A stretch of 64,000 nt of DNA, taken from assembly GCF_036960685.1 (NCBI RefSeq), contig NZ_JBALXK010000003.1, forward strand, positions 244,172-308,171, read 5' to 3'. Positions within the stretch are counted from its first letter, which is position 1. Every line of letters begins with the position of its first letter. The position numbers and the translations under genes are program-made. Positions 10,048 to 19,477 of the stretch are shown piece by piece. The stretch is from Pseudoalteromonas sp. (lineage in GTDB: Bacteria > Pseudomonadota > Gammaproteobacteria > Enterobacterales > Alteromonadaceae). A model generated the notes under the pieces. The model had not been told where the DNA came from and did no database searches. It saw only the letters and a list, made by a program, of their open reading frames with translations.

Positions 10048-10240
10048 TTTTACGATATTACTGACCAACCTATATGTAGACTCCTTTTGCTGTTCAGCTT
10101 TTGGGGTTTACACTGTTAAATAATTAACAGCATTCGCTTGCTAGCTAGTCACTTACCCTCAAAATTAGTTTAACTTTTATAAAGCTTAGTTATGTGTTGC
10201 TCAAAGCTTTTTAGCTAAACAACTACATTACTTATTAAAC

Positions 10241-10276
10241 AAACCCCCGCATGTAAATGCGGGGGGGGGGGATTTT
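10241..10276 (-). terminator. Intrinsic terminator of the TonB receptor gene, containing a G11 run
   Basis: cccccgcat-gtaa-atgcggggg stem, followed by TTTGTTT on the minus strand. Confidence 0.7.
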
Positions 10277-10309
10277 TGTTGTTAATTTAATCTTGTGGCT
10301 AAGCGTTTT

Positions 10310-12433
10310 TTAAAAACGCGCTCTTACGCCAAGGCTAACTGAGCGGCCAGGAAGAGGGGCTTCGTCTTTTAAATATGATGAATGCACTCGTGCTTCTTGG
10401 TCTGTTAGGTTATCGGCCTTTAAATACACTGTCATATCAACCTTCCCTAAATCAATATAGTAGTTGGCAGCAGCTGATACCATGGTATAGCCATCGGTTG
10501 GTGTTTCGTTAGCGGCTATCTTATTTTGTTTACTGTTGCGAATGACTTCAACTTCAGTGTGCCAGTTACCATACTCATAATGCAGTGATGAACCAACGCG
10601 TAAAGGTGGAATGCGTGGTACGTTTCCACCTTTATCCAACTTCGCACGGGTATAATCCGAAAACACATCTAATCGCCACTGTTCGTTTAAGTGCCAGTCT
10701 ACTTGTGCTTCAAACCCATAGAGCTTTGCGTCTTGTTGGGCAAAGAGTACAACAGGTAAACCGTCGGTTTCTTCGTCAGAGCCTACGCCGTTGTTTAGTT
10801 GTTGTTGATAATCTTGCGCCGTAATAAACTCACCATCACTGAGCACAAGGTTGCTTACATCTTCGTATATGTAGTCATTCACTTGGTTTTGGAACAGGCT
10901 TAAGCTTGCATTCCAGTTATCAGCATTATAGCGATATGTAGCGTCTAAGTTGTTTGATACTTCTTTATCCATACTCTGGGCAACTTGAGCTACTGAGTAA
11001 GTACCATCATTGTTATTAACAACATCAAAAGCACCGCCTACTTCATATGTACCTGATCCTATGTGTGGGCCATAGGCATAAATTTCAGATGAAGAAGGCG
11101 CGCGTTGTGAGTATGCATAATTAAAGGCTAATGAGTGCTTATCCGTAAGACTCCAAACTACTCCAGCAGAACCAGATACTGCGGTATAATCTTGGTCTTC
11201 AAAAGATATACTGTTATCAACTGCTAGCTCATCAAAAAACTGGTTGTTTACTTTATGGGTAAGCTGTTCGACTCGTGTGCCAATTTGCCATAGTAAAGCA
11301 CCTGTTTGCTTTTCTTCCATGACAAATGCCGCTAGGCTGTCTGTTTTTGTTGGTGGGGTAAAGGCTTCTTCGCCAATCGCTTCAAAGTCACTGTTGTTGT
11401 AATGCAAACCAACGATGCCGTGCCAGCCATATACCGCGCTGTGCTCTGCCCACAGCCTAGACTCGATACTTTCATTCTTAAACGTGGTGCCTATTTCTGT
11501 GCCTTCTATTTCTGAGTGCTGGTAATCAGTATATGCATTTTGCCAATGCACTGATTTTATAAAACCGTCAAGGTTATTCCAATCAACGACGCCTTGATAG
11601 CGGTCTTGTTTTAATTTAATAAATACGCCATCTTCACCTGGTAAACCGTATTCTGAATCCATTGAGCCATAAGCAAAAGCTACGCGTGTATCGTCAGTTA
11701 TCCAGCCAGCACCTAAATTATAGCCATGTGCATCGATTGCTGAGTTTGAGAGTTTAGTGCTACCGCCATCTTCATTTATATCAGCAGGGACAGGTATTTT
11801 ATAGTCACCGGTATTACGATTGTAGGCATCAATATGAACAGCAAAGTCACCTGATCCAGCATTTAAATCTGTGGATGTTGTTTTTGAATCTGCTACGTTA
11901 TCGTACTGAGCAAATACCTCTCCACTAATACCTTGTTGTCTTTCTACAGGTAGGCGATTATCAACCACATTAACCACGCCGCCAATAGCACCGCTGCCAT
12001 AAAGTAAGGTGGCTGGTCCGCGTAATACTTCAATTTGTGTTGCTGTTGATGTTTCCGTTGATACTTGGTGATCGGGACCAACGCGCGAGGCATCAGATGC
12101 ACCTAATCCGTTTTGTACAACCTTGATTCGAGGTCCATCTAATCCTCTGATAATTGGACTGCTGGCAACAGGTCCAAAATAAGAGCTGTGTACGCCGGGT
12201 ACATTTTTCAAGGTTTCGCCTAAGGTTGCGGCTTGGTGTTGATCAAGTTCTTCGCCACTTAAAATAGATACAGGTGTACTTGATTGAAGTACGGTACGTT
12301 TGATTGGGGATGCAGTAATAACAATTTTTTCTAAATCGCTTTCATCTTTTTGAATTTGTTTCTCTGCTGCCATAGCATGTGAACTGATAGCAGTTAATAC
12401 CGCTAAAACTAATGGTGAATACTTAATTTTCAT
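10310..12433 (-). CDS. TonB-dependent receptor, ZnuD-like subfamily
   Basis: Signal peptide; plug motif TLGETLKNVPGVHSSYFGPVASSPIIRGLDGPRIKV; C-terminal PLPGRSVSLGVRARF. Confidence 0.9.
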   Translation of the reverse strand: MKIKYSPLVLAVLTAISSHAMAAEKQIQKDESDLEKIVITASPIKRTVLQSSTPVSILSGEELDQHQAATLGETLKNVPGVHSSYFGPVASSPIIRGLDGPRIKVVQNGLGASDASRVGPDHQVSTETSTATQIEVLRGPATLLYGSGAIGGVVNVVDNRLPVERQQGISGEVFAQYDNVADSKTTSTDLNAGSGDFAVHIDAYNRNTGDYKIPVPADINEDGGSTKLSNSAIDAHGYNLGAGWITDDTRVAFAYGSMDSEYGLPGEDGVFIKLKQDRYQGVVDWNNLDGFIKSVHWQNAYTDYQHSEIEGTEIGTTFKNESIESRLWAEHSAVYGWHGIVGLHYNNSDFEAIGEEAFTPPTKTDSLAAFVMEEKQTGALLWQIGTRVEQLTHKVNNQFFDELAVDNSISFEDQDYTAVSGSAGVVWSLTDKHSLAFNYAYSQRAPSSSEIYAYGPHIGSGTYEVGGAFDVVNNNDGTYSVAQVAQSMDKEVSNNLDATYRYNADNWNASLSLFQNQVNDYIYEDVSNLVLSDGEFITAQDYQQQLNNGVGSDEETDGLPVVLFAQQDAKLYGFEAQVDWHLNEQWRLDVFSDYTRAKLDKGGNVPRIPPLRVGSSLHYEYGNWHTEVEVIRNSKQNKIAANETPTDGYTMVSAAANYYIDLGKVDMTVYLKADNLTDQEARVHSSYLKDEAPLPGRSVSLGVRARF

Positions 12434-12517
12434 TATTTTATCTCTAAAATTTGCACTAAAACGGGCTGTTTGCCTGATGACAAACAGTCTGTGTAAAACG
12501 ATTTTTAATAGTAAATT

Positions 12518-12817
12518 TTAAAGCGTACTCGGTGGATCGCGGTTTCCAGTGGTTACAACTGATCCGCCAAATAAAGAGGGCAGAACAGTTAAAACAGCAC
12601 CGTATAGGTTTGTTTCAGGTTCAAAAACGCTGGCGGTAGGGGATAAAAAATCGTCAAAATCAAACGAATTTATGCAGAGTTGGCATTCAGTGCTATTTTG
12701 CACTGCGTGCACGGTTGAGTGCCACGGTGAAAAAACACTAAACAGCAGCAAACACACCATTAAATATTTTAAGAGTGTTTTATTATGTCTGAGCGAGTGT
12801 AAATTCATGTATTTCAT
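12518..12817 (-). CDS. DUF2946-like leader protein (TM, HxxxH, CxxC, C-terminal RDPP)
   Basis: 99 aa with a hydrophobic N-terminus, WHSTVHA, CQLC and a GNRDPP terminus; 84 bp upstream of the receptor on the same strand. Confidence 0.7.
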   Translation of the reverse strand: MKYMNLHSLRHNKTLLKYLMVCLLLFSVFSPWHSTVHAVQNSTECQLCINSFDFDDFLSPTASVFEPETNLYGAVLTVLPSLFGGSVVTTGNRDPPSTL

Positions 12818-12819
12818 TA

Positions 12820-12834
12820 GGTGATAGTATAACG
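12820..12834. promoter_or_regulatory. Putative Zur box
   Basis: The minus strand reads CGTTATACTATCACC against the gammaproteobacterial consensus TGTTATAnTATAACA; it lies next to the leader ORF start. Confidence 0.55.
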
Positions 12835-13008
12835 TTGTTTTTTTTACAATGTCGAGGGAAGATATGATGAAATGTAAAAAACTGCAATTTAACCTATTTG
12901 TAAGTAGTCTTGAAGACGACCTTGCTGTGGTTTTTGAGTACCAACAAAAGGCTATAAATGGGTCATGCGATATTAGATATAACTCTCAAAGTCAGGGAAG
13001 GATAAATA

Positions 13009-13043
13009 AATATGCCCGCTAATTTTTAATTAGCGGGCATATT
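13009..13043 (-). terminator. Terminator of the chitinase gene
   Basis: Perfect 16-bp inverted repeat aatatgcccgctaatt / aattagcgggcatatt. Confidence 0.8.
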
Positions 13044-13076
13044 ATTGTGTTGTTGTGGGATTGTTTAATGTTTCGC

Positions 13077-15662
13077 TTAAAGCGGGTTTAACCCCAGCTT
13101 TTGTAGTACTAGTTTAAAGTTAGCGCGGCGCTCTTCAATCGCGTGTACTTCACCACTCACTGGGCAATGATCATCAGGGCAACCACGGTTTACAATACCA
13201 GATACCGCATCCACAAAGGCGGTGCCTTGTAAGCCACCATCCACATAGTTTTTCAGCTCTGTGTAGTAGTCCCAACCGGCGTATGGGCCACCTGTATTGT
13301 CATAGGCTTGTACTGAATTAACCCAGAAGAATAAACCGGCAATCCACTTAATTTCTTTATGTTCTTCTGAGCTACAAACCAGTCCTGGGTTTGAACATAA
13401 ATCTAAGTCTGCGTATAGCGGGCTTTCTGGTGCAGCTGCAACAGTTACGCCGTCAATGGTTGTGCCAATGGTATCAGGGTCAACATGTGAGCGGCCAACA
13501 AAGTGATTTAAAGTACCGAAGTTTTGACGGCCTGTGGTTTGAATTACACCACGACCCCACCAGCCACAGCCTTGCACACTTTCATCACTACCATCCCAAA
13601 TAAAGCTGCCGGCTTTTTGACCTACGTATTGCTTACATTCGTCGCGCTCGTAAACTTGTTTAGAGGTATCGATAGCGGTTGGTACGGTATTACAGTGGCC
13701 GGCATTGGTCCAACGACCTACTTTGCCATTAACTAATAAACCTTGCTCTGCAAGTACGGCATCGGGAGCCACAAATATGGGGGCTGGTGCGCCATACCAT
13801 TTAGCATGTGTGGTGGCTGTTTGCTCCATCTTTTCATCGCGTGGGCATGAGTATGGATGATCGTTTCCTGAAACCGGATTAGTACCGTAATCAGCATATT
13901 TTTGCCCTAATTGACCACAGCTGGCGGTCATTGGGTAGTCGACGGCTGCGCCGTATTTTACCTCTGACCAATTGTTCTCATCACAGGCATCGAAACGTAT
14001 GGTTTCTTGCATGCTTTGTGATAAAAACGCTGCAATAGCTACTTTAGCGTAAATAGCATTGGTGGCATCGTCTGCTGAGCTGTCAATTAGCCAGAACTTT
14101 TCGCCAGCAACACCCACGTTATGCATTGAGTTTAAGCCCGTTAAAAAGTCAGCCCATTTATAAATAGTTGAAGGAACCCAAGTTGAATTGGGGGTTTCAT
14201 ACAAGAAGACTTCACTGTCCATCACTGTTTCAGCATTAGTTAAATCACTGTTCAATGATGCGATACTAGTTAGAGATGAGACATTAGCAGGTGTACCAAC
14301 ATAATAAAGAGGCACAGGGCTGCTCTGATAGCTGGCTATTTTATTTGTTAAATCAGTGCTGTCAGTATCAAATAAGATAGCAAATAGATTACTGTGCGCG
14401 GCTTTGCGGATATTACTTTCGCCTAAAGTGTTACCCATAAAGTAAGTTGCAGCCTGTGCAGTAGGTACTGATGACAGCATCGCCGGTGCTTGTACAAAAT
14501 CGGTTACTTGTTTTACGTATTCAAGGGCGTTATGCCATTGATCGCTAGTTAAGCTTGCGGAGCTACTTGATTTAGTAAAGGCAATAAAATCTGCTTTAGA
14601 TGCACCTTTATACAGCGATAAGGTATCAAGTAAGTCAGCTGTATCCTTTGACGCTGCATTCCATACTGAGCGCTTACCTGAATGAGTATCAAAAGCAAAG
14701 TCACCAATGCTTAATGACCAACCAAAAGTCGCATTAGGTGCGATTGCTGTCATGATTAAGTTTTGTGCCTGCGCCCAACCCATGGCGTCATCGGTTAAGG
14801 CGTCAATGTCGGCAACGTTGATACTGCCGCTTTTATTTGTTGTTGCTAAGGCATCAGTTAAAGCTTGTTTAACACTTATCGTCCCTAAAGAGACGCCTTT
14901 ATCTAAGGTAATATTATCAAGAACATTGCTTTGTAGAATGATAGATGTAGTGCCAGCTTGTGCAGCTTGGCCAATGGCAGCAACAAAATCATTAGTAAGT
15001 TTAGTGATATCCGCTAAATCAGCACTGCTAATTAGATTAACGCTAAGATGAGCTGGCGCCGAAGATGCTGGGCTTGCAACCACAAAGTCACTAGGCCAAC
15101 CAGGCATTTCTAAATTAACCGGATCATTGGCATTGGGTAATGAAAGCAGTGGTGCTGTGCCTTGTTCAGTACCGTCGCAATTTACTTGCCAGTTCCAGGT
15201 GTCATCGCTACCTGGGCGTGAAGATGTTTCCCATTTAGCGGTGTAAGCGATATATTCATCATTCACCAGTGTATCGCCAGCTTTAGCGACAGTACCTTGG
15301 CTCCAAATACTGTAGTCTTTACATATCTCACCTAGTTTCGGGTCTGTTGGAATGGTGGGATCTGTAGGGTCAGTTGGATCCGTAGGATCTCCACATTGAT
15401 GTTCGAAGGCCCAACTACCATCACTCCCTGGAATTGAATTTGTATACCACTTCGCTTTGTAAGCACTGTTTTCATGCTGCATTAAATCCCCTGCGTTGGC
15501 GTGGCTAGGGCTGCCTTGCCAATCTAATTGTGGGAAGTCTGGGTAAGTGTTTATGCCGTCACAACTCGCTGCAAACGCGTTGCTTGAAATAACAGCGCTA
15601 GTAGCAAGTGATACAGCAATAAACGTTTTACTGGGTTTAAACCCAATCAGGTGGCTCTTCAT
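13077..15662 (-). CDS. Secreted multidomain chitinase: two CBM5/12-like modules and a C-terminal GH19-like catalytic domain
   Basis: Signal peptide; two YxAKW...PGSD..W modules; FLSQSMQET, WWGRGVIQTTGRQNFG and IAGLFFW GH19-type motifs. Confidence 0.85.
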   Translation of the reverse strand: MKSHLIGFKPSKTFIAVSLATSAVISSNAFAASCDGINTYPDFPQLDWQGSPSHANAGDLMQHENSAYKAKWYTNSIPGSDGSWAFEHQCGDPTDPTDPTDPTIPTDPKLGEICKDYSIWSQGTVAKAGDTLVNDEYIAYTAKWETSSRPGSDDTWNWQVNCDGTEQGTAPLLSLPNANDPVNLEMPGWPSDFVVASPASSAPAHLSVNLISSADLADITKLTNDFVAAIGQAAQAGTTSIILQSNVLDNITLDKGVSLGTISVKQALTDALATTNKSGSINVADIDALTDDAMGWAQAQNLIMTAIAPNATFGWSLSIGDFAFDTHSGKRSVWNAASKDTADLLDTLSLYKGASKADFIAFTKSSSSASLTSDQWHNALEYVKQVTDFVQAPAMLSSVPTAQAATYFMGNTLGESNIRKAAHSNLFAILFDTDSTDLTNKIASYQSSPVPLYYVGTPANVSSLTSIASLNSDLTNAETVMDSEVFLYETPNSTWVPSTIYKWADFLTGLNSMHNVGVAGEKFWLIDSSADDATNAIYAKVAIAAFLSQSMQETIRFDACDENNWSEVKYGAAVDYPMTASCGQLGQKYADYGTNPVSGNDHPYSCPRDEKMEQTATTHAKWYGAPAPIFVAPDAVLAEQGLLVNGKVGRWTNAGHCNTVPTAIDTSKQVYERDECKQYVGQKAGSFIWDGSDESVQGCGWWGRGVIQTTGRQNFGTLNHFVGRSHVDPDTIGTTIDGVTVAAAPESPLYADLDLCSNPGLVCSSEEHKEIKWIAGLFFWVNSVQAYDNTGGPYAGWDYYTELKNYVDGGLQGTAFVDAVSGIVNRGCPDDHCPVSGEVHAIEERRANFKLVLQKLGLNPL
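15339..15389 (-). repeat. DPT-repeat linker between the chitin-binding modules
   Basis: Encodes DPTDPTDPTDPTIPTDP with synonymous divergence. Confidence 0.85.
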
Positions 15663-15772
15663 TTTTACTTTCCTTACTTTAATTTTTTAGGGCAACGTTA
15701 GCGAGTTGGACACTCAGTTTTAAGTAACTTTTAGTTATCATTTATTTAACATTTAACCAAAGCTAGCACGCA

Positions 15773-15790
15773 GTTGACAACGCTGTCAAA
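15773..15790. promoter_or_regulatory. Putative NagR (LacI-family) operator upstream of the chitinase
   Basis: GTTGACAACGCTGTCAAA palindrome, one base off TTGACAACGTTGTCAA, about 110 bp upstream of the ATG. Confidence 0.65.
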
Positions 15791-16110
15791 TGCCTTGAAA
15801 AATAAAATTAAGCTGGCTTATGCTAGGTTTTAAGTGCTGCTAAATCTTATTTCATTGATATTTAATGATTAATTTATCTATATTTGGTACGAAAACGGAG
15901 GTGATTAAAAAATTATTTTGTGAACAAATGTTAATTATTTCGTAAGTTTAATTTTATGACTTTAACTGTTTATGCGTTACTCGTGATGCTTAGTTATCTT
16001 TGCTGTAAATGAAGGCTGCGACAATATGTCACACCCTGTGAAACGTGCTTAGCTTGTATAATATTACGAATAAATTTTAATACTATCCTATGTTTATATT
16101 CGGAGTTGTC

Positions 16111-18180
16111 ATGGCACAGCAATTTTTGCCTGTTGTTACTGTTCTTTCTTTACTCGTTACCTATTCAGCAAATGCACACGTCCAGCCGCAGGCAAAGTCT
16201 AATCCAACTAAAAAATTAGGAGACACCAGTTTTGTTGTGGGCGATACAATTAGTGTTGTTGGCACACGATTCATAGACAGCTCCAGAGCACTTACTTCTG
16301 TTGATAGAATGTCGGCAGAGGTCGCTCAAAATACCGATTTTGATTATGCATGGCAGTTAGTGGGTAAAATGCCTGGTGTTATGTTGACTGAGTTTAATCA
16401 AGGCACTACCAGCGGCAAGTTGTCGTTTCGGGGCTTTAACGGTGAAGGCTCTGTGAATGCAATTAAGCTGTTAATTGATGGCATTCCTGCCAACACTAAT
16501 GATGGCATTCCTGCCAACACTAATGATGGCAATATGCCGTTCATTGACATGATTTTCCCTATTGAAATAGATGCGGTAGAAGTTATACGTGGTACTAATG
16601 ATCCCCGTTATGGGCTGAATAATATTGCCGGTAATGTCGCATTTGCAACCCGTAGTGGTGGCAATTATATAGATGGTCGTCTAACTGCTGGCAGTTTTGG
16701 TGCGTATCAAGGAGAAGCTGCATTAGGCATTGAAAGCGACAAGTTTAAACAAAATTACGCAATAGGTTATCGTGAAAAAGAGGGCTATCGTGATCATTCA
16801 GCGCTTGATAAAAAAAGTATCTCAGGAAAGTGGGGGTATGATATTTCAAGCGATACAGAGGTCACTGCAAGTGCTCGTCATTATGAAGCGAACGCTGAAG
16901 AACCTGGTTATTTAACCGCAGATGTTGCTTACTCAACACCTGATGTTAGCAATGCCTACAATGAAACAGATAAAGATTCCCGCAGCATCAGCCAATACAG
17001 TTTAGGGTTAGAGAGCCAGTTAGCTGAAGAAACTCATTTTAATGCCCTTACTTGGTTAAATGAATATGAAGACGACCGGTTTGTTAAATTTTCAGCGCAA
17101 GCCTCGCAGCAAAACCGTTTTAGTAAAGAGAAACACTATGGTGCAAGCACATCGTTAACTTATACGCCTAAAGTCGCTGCTTTGAATACGCTTTTGTTTG
17201 AAGTAGGAGCAAGTATAGAGAAACAAGATGTGGTAACAAAACGGTATTTAACCGACGAGCGAGTGATTGTTGAGCAAACACGTGATCAAAACTTTGATCT
17301 GTCAGTACAAGGGCTTTATGTACAAACTATGATTGAGCCGACTAAGTGGTTACGTATTACGCCAGCTTTACGGGTTGATTGGATCGATGGTGGGTTTTAT
17401 AACGCGTTAACCGACGAGCATGCTGAAATTAACGATTATGGCGCAATTAAGCAGCCAAAATTATCGCTCGCAATTATGCCTGCTGAACAACTAACCATTT
17501 TTGCTAACTGGGGGAAAACGTATCAGATTGGCACAAACTCTGGTGCTTATTTGATTGGTGCGAGGCAAAATGATCTAGACCCTTCAATGAACGAAGGGCT
17601 GGAATCTGGTGTGAAATGGAAGCCAAGTCGAGATAGTGAAATACGGATTGCTTTATGGCAGCAAACAGCGACTGGTGAATTTAAGCGTAAATTGAATGAT
17701 CCGCTCGGGGATTTTGATAATTTAGGGGCAACTAAACGCAAAGGTGTTGATGTTCAAGCATCGTGGAATCCTACCAATAAACTTTCGTTATGGGGCGCAC
17801 TTGCGTGGCAGCAAGCTAAAATAGACACCCCTGATCCAAGTACACCAGAGTATGCAGGTAATGATATTGATCATATTCCTAATCGCTTATTCACCGCAGG
17901 AATAGATTACCAGTTCACTAGTCAATTAAATCTGGCTGCAACACTGCGTGCGCAATCTGATTACGAATTAACACCAAGTAATAGTCAAGGACGCTATGGT
18001 GATTTTACTCAATTAGGCTTAAAAGCAAGGTATGAAGTTAACTCGGCGCTGATGTTAAGTGCACAAATTGATAATTTAACCGATGAATATTACGAATATG
18101 TTTGGTGGGATGGCTCGCAAACATTGCATAGTCCAGGACAAGGTCGTGCTGTATCTGCTGCCATCAAGTTTAAGTATTAA
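16111..18180 (+). CDS. TonB-dependent receptor with an 8-aa duplication in the plug
   Basis: GGAG RBS before ATG 16111 (track start 16090); plug motifs FRGF..G, LLIDGIP and EVIRG; C-terminal aromatic strand. Confidence 0.9.
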   Translation: MAQQFLPVVTVLSLLVTYSANAHVQPQAKSNPTKKLGDTSFVVGDTISVVGTRFIDSSRALTSVDRMSAEVAQNTDFDYAWQLVGKMPGVMLTEFNQGTTSGKLSFRGFNGEGSVNAIKLLIDGIPANTNDGIPANTNDGNMPFIDMIFPIEIDAVEVIRGTNDPRYGLNNIAGNVAFATRSGGNYIDGRLTAGSFGAYQGEAALGIESDKFKQNYAIGYREKEGYRDHSALDKKSISGKWGYDISSDTEVTASARHYEANAEEPGYLTADVAYSTPDVSNAYNETDKDSRSISQYSLGLESQLAEETHFNALTWLNEYEDDRFVKFSAQASQQNRFSKEKHYGASTSLTYTPKVAALNTLLFEVGASIEKQDVVTKRYLTDERVIVEQTRDQNFDLSVQGLYVQTMIEPTKWLRITPALRVDWIDGGFYNALTDEHAEINDYGAIKQPKLSLAIMPAEQLTIFANWGKTYQIGTNSGAYLIGARQNDLDPSMNEGLESGVKWKPSRDSEIRIALWQQTATGEFKRKLNDPLGDFDNLGATKRKGVDVQASWNPTNKLSLWGALAWQQAKIDTPDPSTPEYAGNDIDHIPNRLFTAGIDYQFTSQLNLAATLRAQSDYELTPSNSQGRYGDFTQLGLKARYEVNSALMLSAQIDNLTDEYYEYVWWDGSQTLHSPGQGRAVSAAIKFKY
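16477..16531 (+). repeat. Exact 24-bp tandem duplication
   Basis: gatggcattcctgccaacactaat occurs twice (16477-16500, 16501-16524), followed by gatggca. Confidence 0.95.
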
Positions 18181-19313
18181 TGCATAAGCAACGTCTGACA
18201 TGGCGTAAACTTGCAAGGCGCGTGCACCTTTGGTTAGGGCTGAGCGTTGGCATTGTTTTTGTGATGCTATGCTTGTCTGGGGCTGTATTGGTTTATTACC
18301 CGCAAATTGATACTTGGCTACACCCCGAACTTGCAAGCTCAGTGCAGCAACCAGCGGATTATAATGCGGCACTTAGCACTTTACGCACACAATACCCTGA
18401 TAAATTGGGGCCGTGGCGTTTTGAAGTAACACCTGAGCAGCAATTTATTCCGGCGCGGTATTATAACCCGCAGGAAACACAAGGGCAGGGATTTGCTCCT
18501 ATGATGGTGTGGCTGTCAGCCGATGGCAATAAATTGCTTAGGCAGTCATTTTGGGGGGATTACTTAGTTACTTGGTTATATAACCTCCATTTTGCTTTAT
18601 TACTCGGTAGCACAGGAACCATTATTGTCGGTTACCTTGGCCTTGGCTGCGTACTGTTATTGCTCAGTGGCTTAATTGCATGGTGGCCAAAGCCAGGCTT
18701 TTGGATCAAGCAATTACGTTTTAAACGCCGAGCGGCTTTGTTAGGGCTTTTATACGATTGGCATAAAACCATTGGTTTACTGGCATTGTTGCCGTTACTT
18801 GTTGTTACGCTCACAGGTGTAATGCTTGCTTTGCCTAAAGAGACCAATGCTATTTTGGGGTGGACGCTTGATGAAGTTACAACGGCTAATAGACCCACAG
18901 CAACAATAACGTTTCAGCAGCCACAAATCAGTGTTAGTCAGGCTGTCAACATAGCACAAACAAAACTGCCAAATGCACGCCTTGCATGGATAGAAACCCC
19001 TAGCGTAAACCAAGGCTATTATCGATTACGTATGCAAGTAGCCGGCGATAAATCAACTCGCTTTCCGCATAGTTATATTGATATTAACCCGCACTCAGGT
19101 GAGGTGGTTAAGCTATTTGATCTTAACCAGCAAGGAATAAGTAACCAAGTCAAAAACTGGTTACATCCACTACACAATGGCAGTGTTGGCGGTACGGCGC
19201 TGAAAATACTGTGGATTATCGTATCATTGGCAAGCTTAGCATTAGCTTGGCTAGGGTGTTACCGCTGGTATTTGCGCATAACAATGGCAAAGTCAAAATC
19301 AACTAAACCGTAA
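18180..19313 (+). CDS. PepSY-associated TM helix protein
   Basis: RRVHLWLGL, WLYNLHF, YDWHKTIG and WLHPLHNG motifs; TAATG coupling to the receptor gene. Confidence 0.9.
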   Translation: MHKQRLTWRKLARRVHLWLGLSVGIVFVMLCLSGAVLVYYPQIDTWLHPELASSVQQPADYNAALSTLRTQYPDKLGPWRFEVTPEQQFIPARYYNPQETQGQGFAPMMVWLSADGNKLLRQSFWGDYLVTWLYNLHFALLLGSTGTIIVGYLGLGCVLLLLSGLIAWWPKPGFWIKQLRFKRRAALLGLLYDWHKTIGLLALLPLLVVTLTGVMLALPKETNAILGWTLDEVTTANRPTATITFQQPQISVSQAVNIAQTKLPNARLAWIETPSVNQGYYRLRMQVAGDKSTRFPHSYIDINPHSGEVVKLFDLNQQGISNQVKNWLHPLHNGSVGGTALKILWIIVSLASLALAWLGCYRWYLRITMAKSKSTKP

Positions 19314-19477
19314 CGAGCTGTTGCAAAATCAAGCTGCTTAATGCTGCTTTTTTGTTCGCCAGTGATTTGGCATTTTAGTTTATAATTGCATTCACAGTTT
19401 GTTAAAAATAGTGTTATATTTGTGTTTTACATTAAAAGTAATAAAATAATACAAATCAAAATTAACAATCAGGTTGA

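Noticed and set aside
12849-13022. 57-aa small ORF (MSREDMMKCKKLQF...)
   Set aside because: No recognisable motif, and it ends inside the chitinase terminator; it cannot be told apart from chance.
15915-16045. CRP-like half sites near the second TonB receptor (TGTGA at ~15918, TCACA-CCC-TGTGA at ~16029)
   Set aside because: Only a half site, or the wrong orientation and spacing for CRP.
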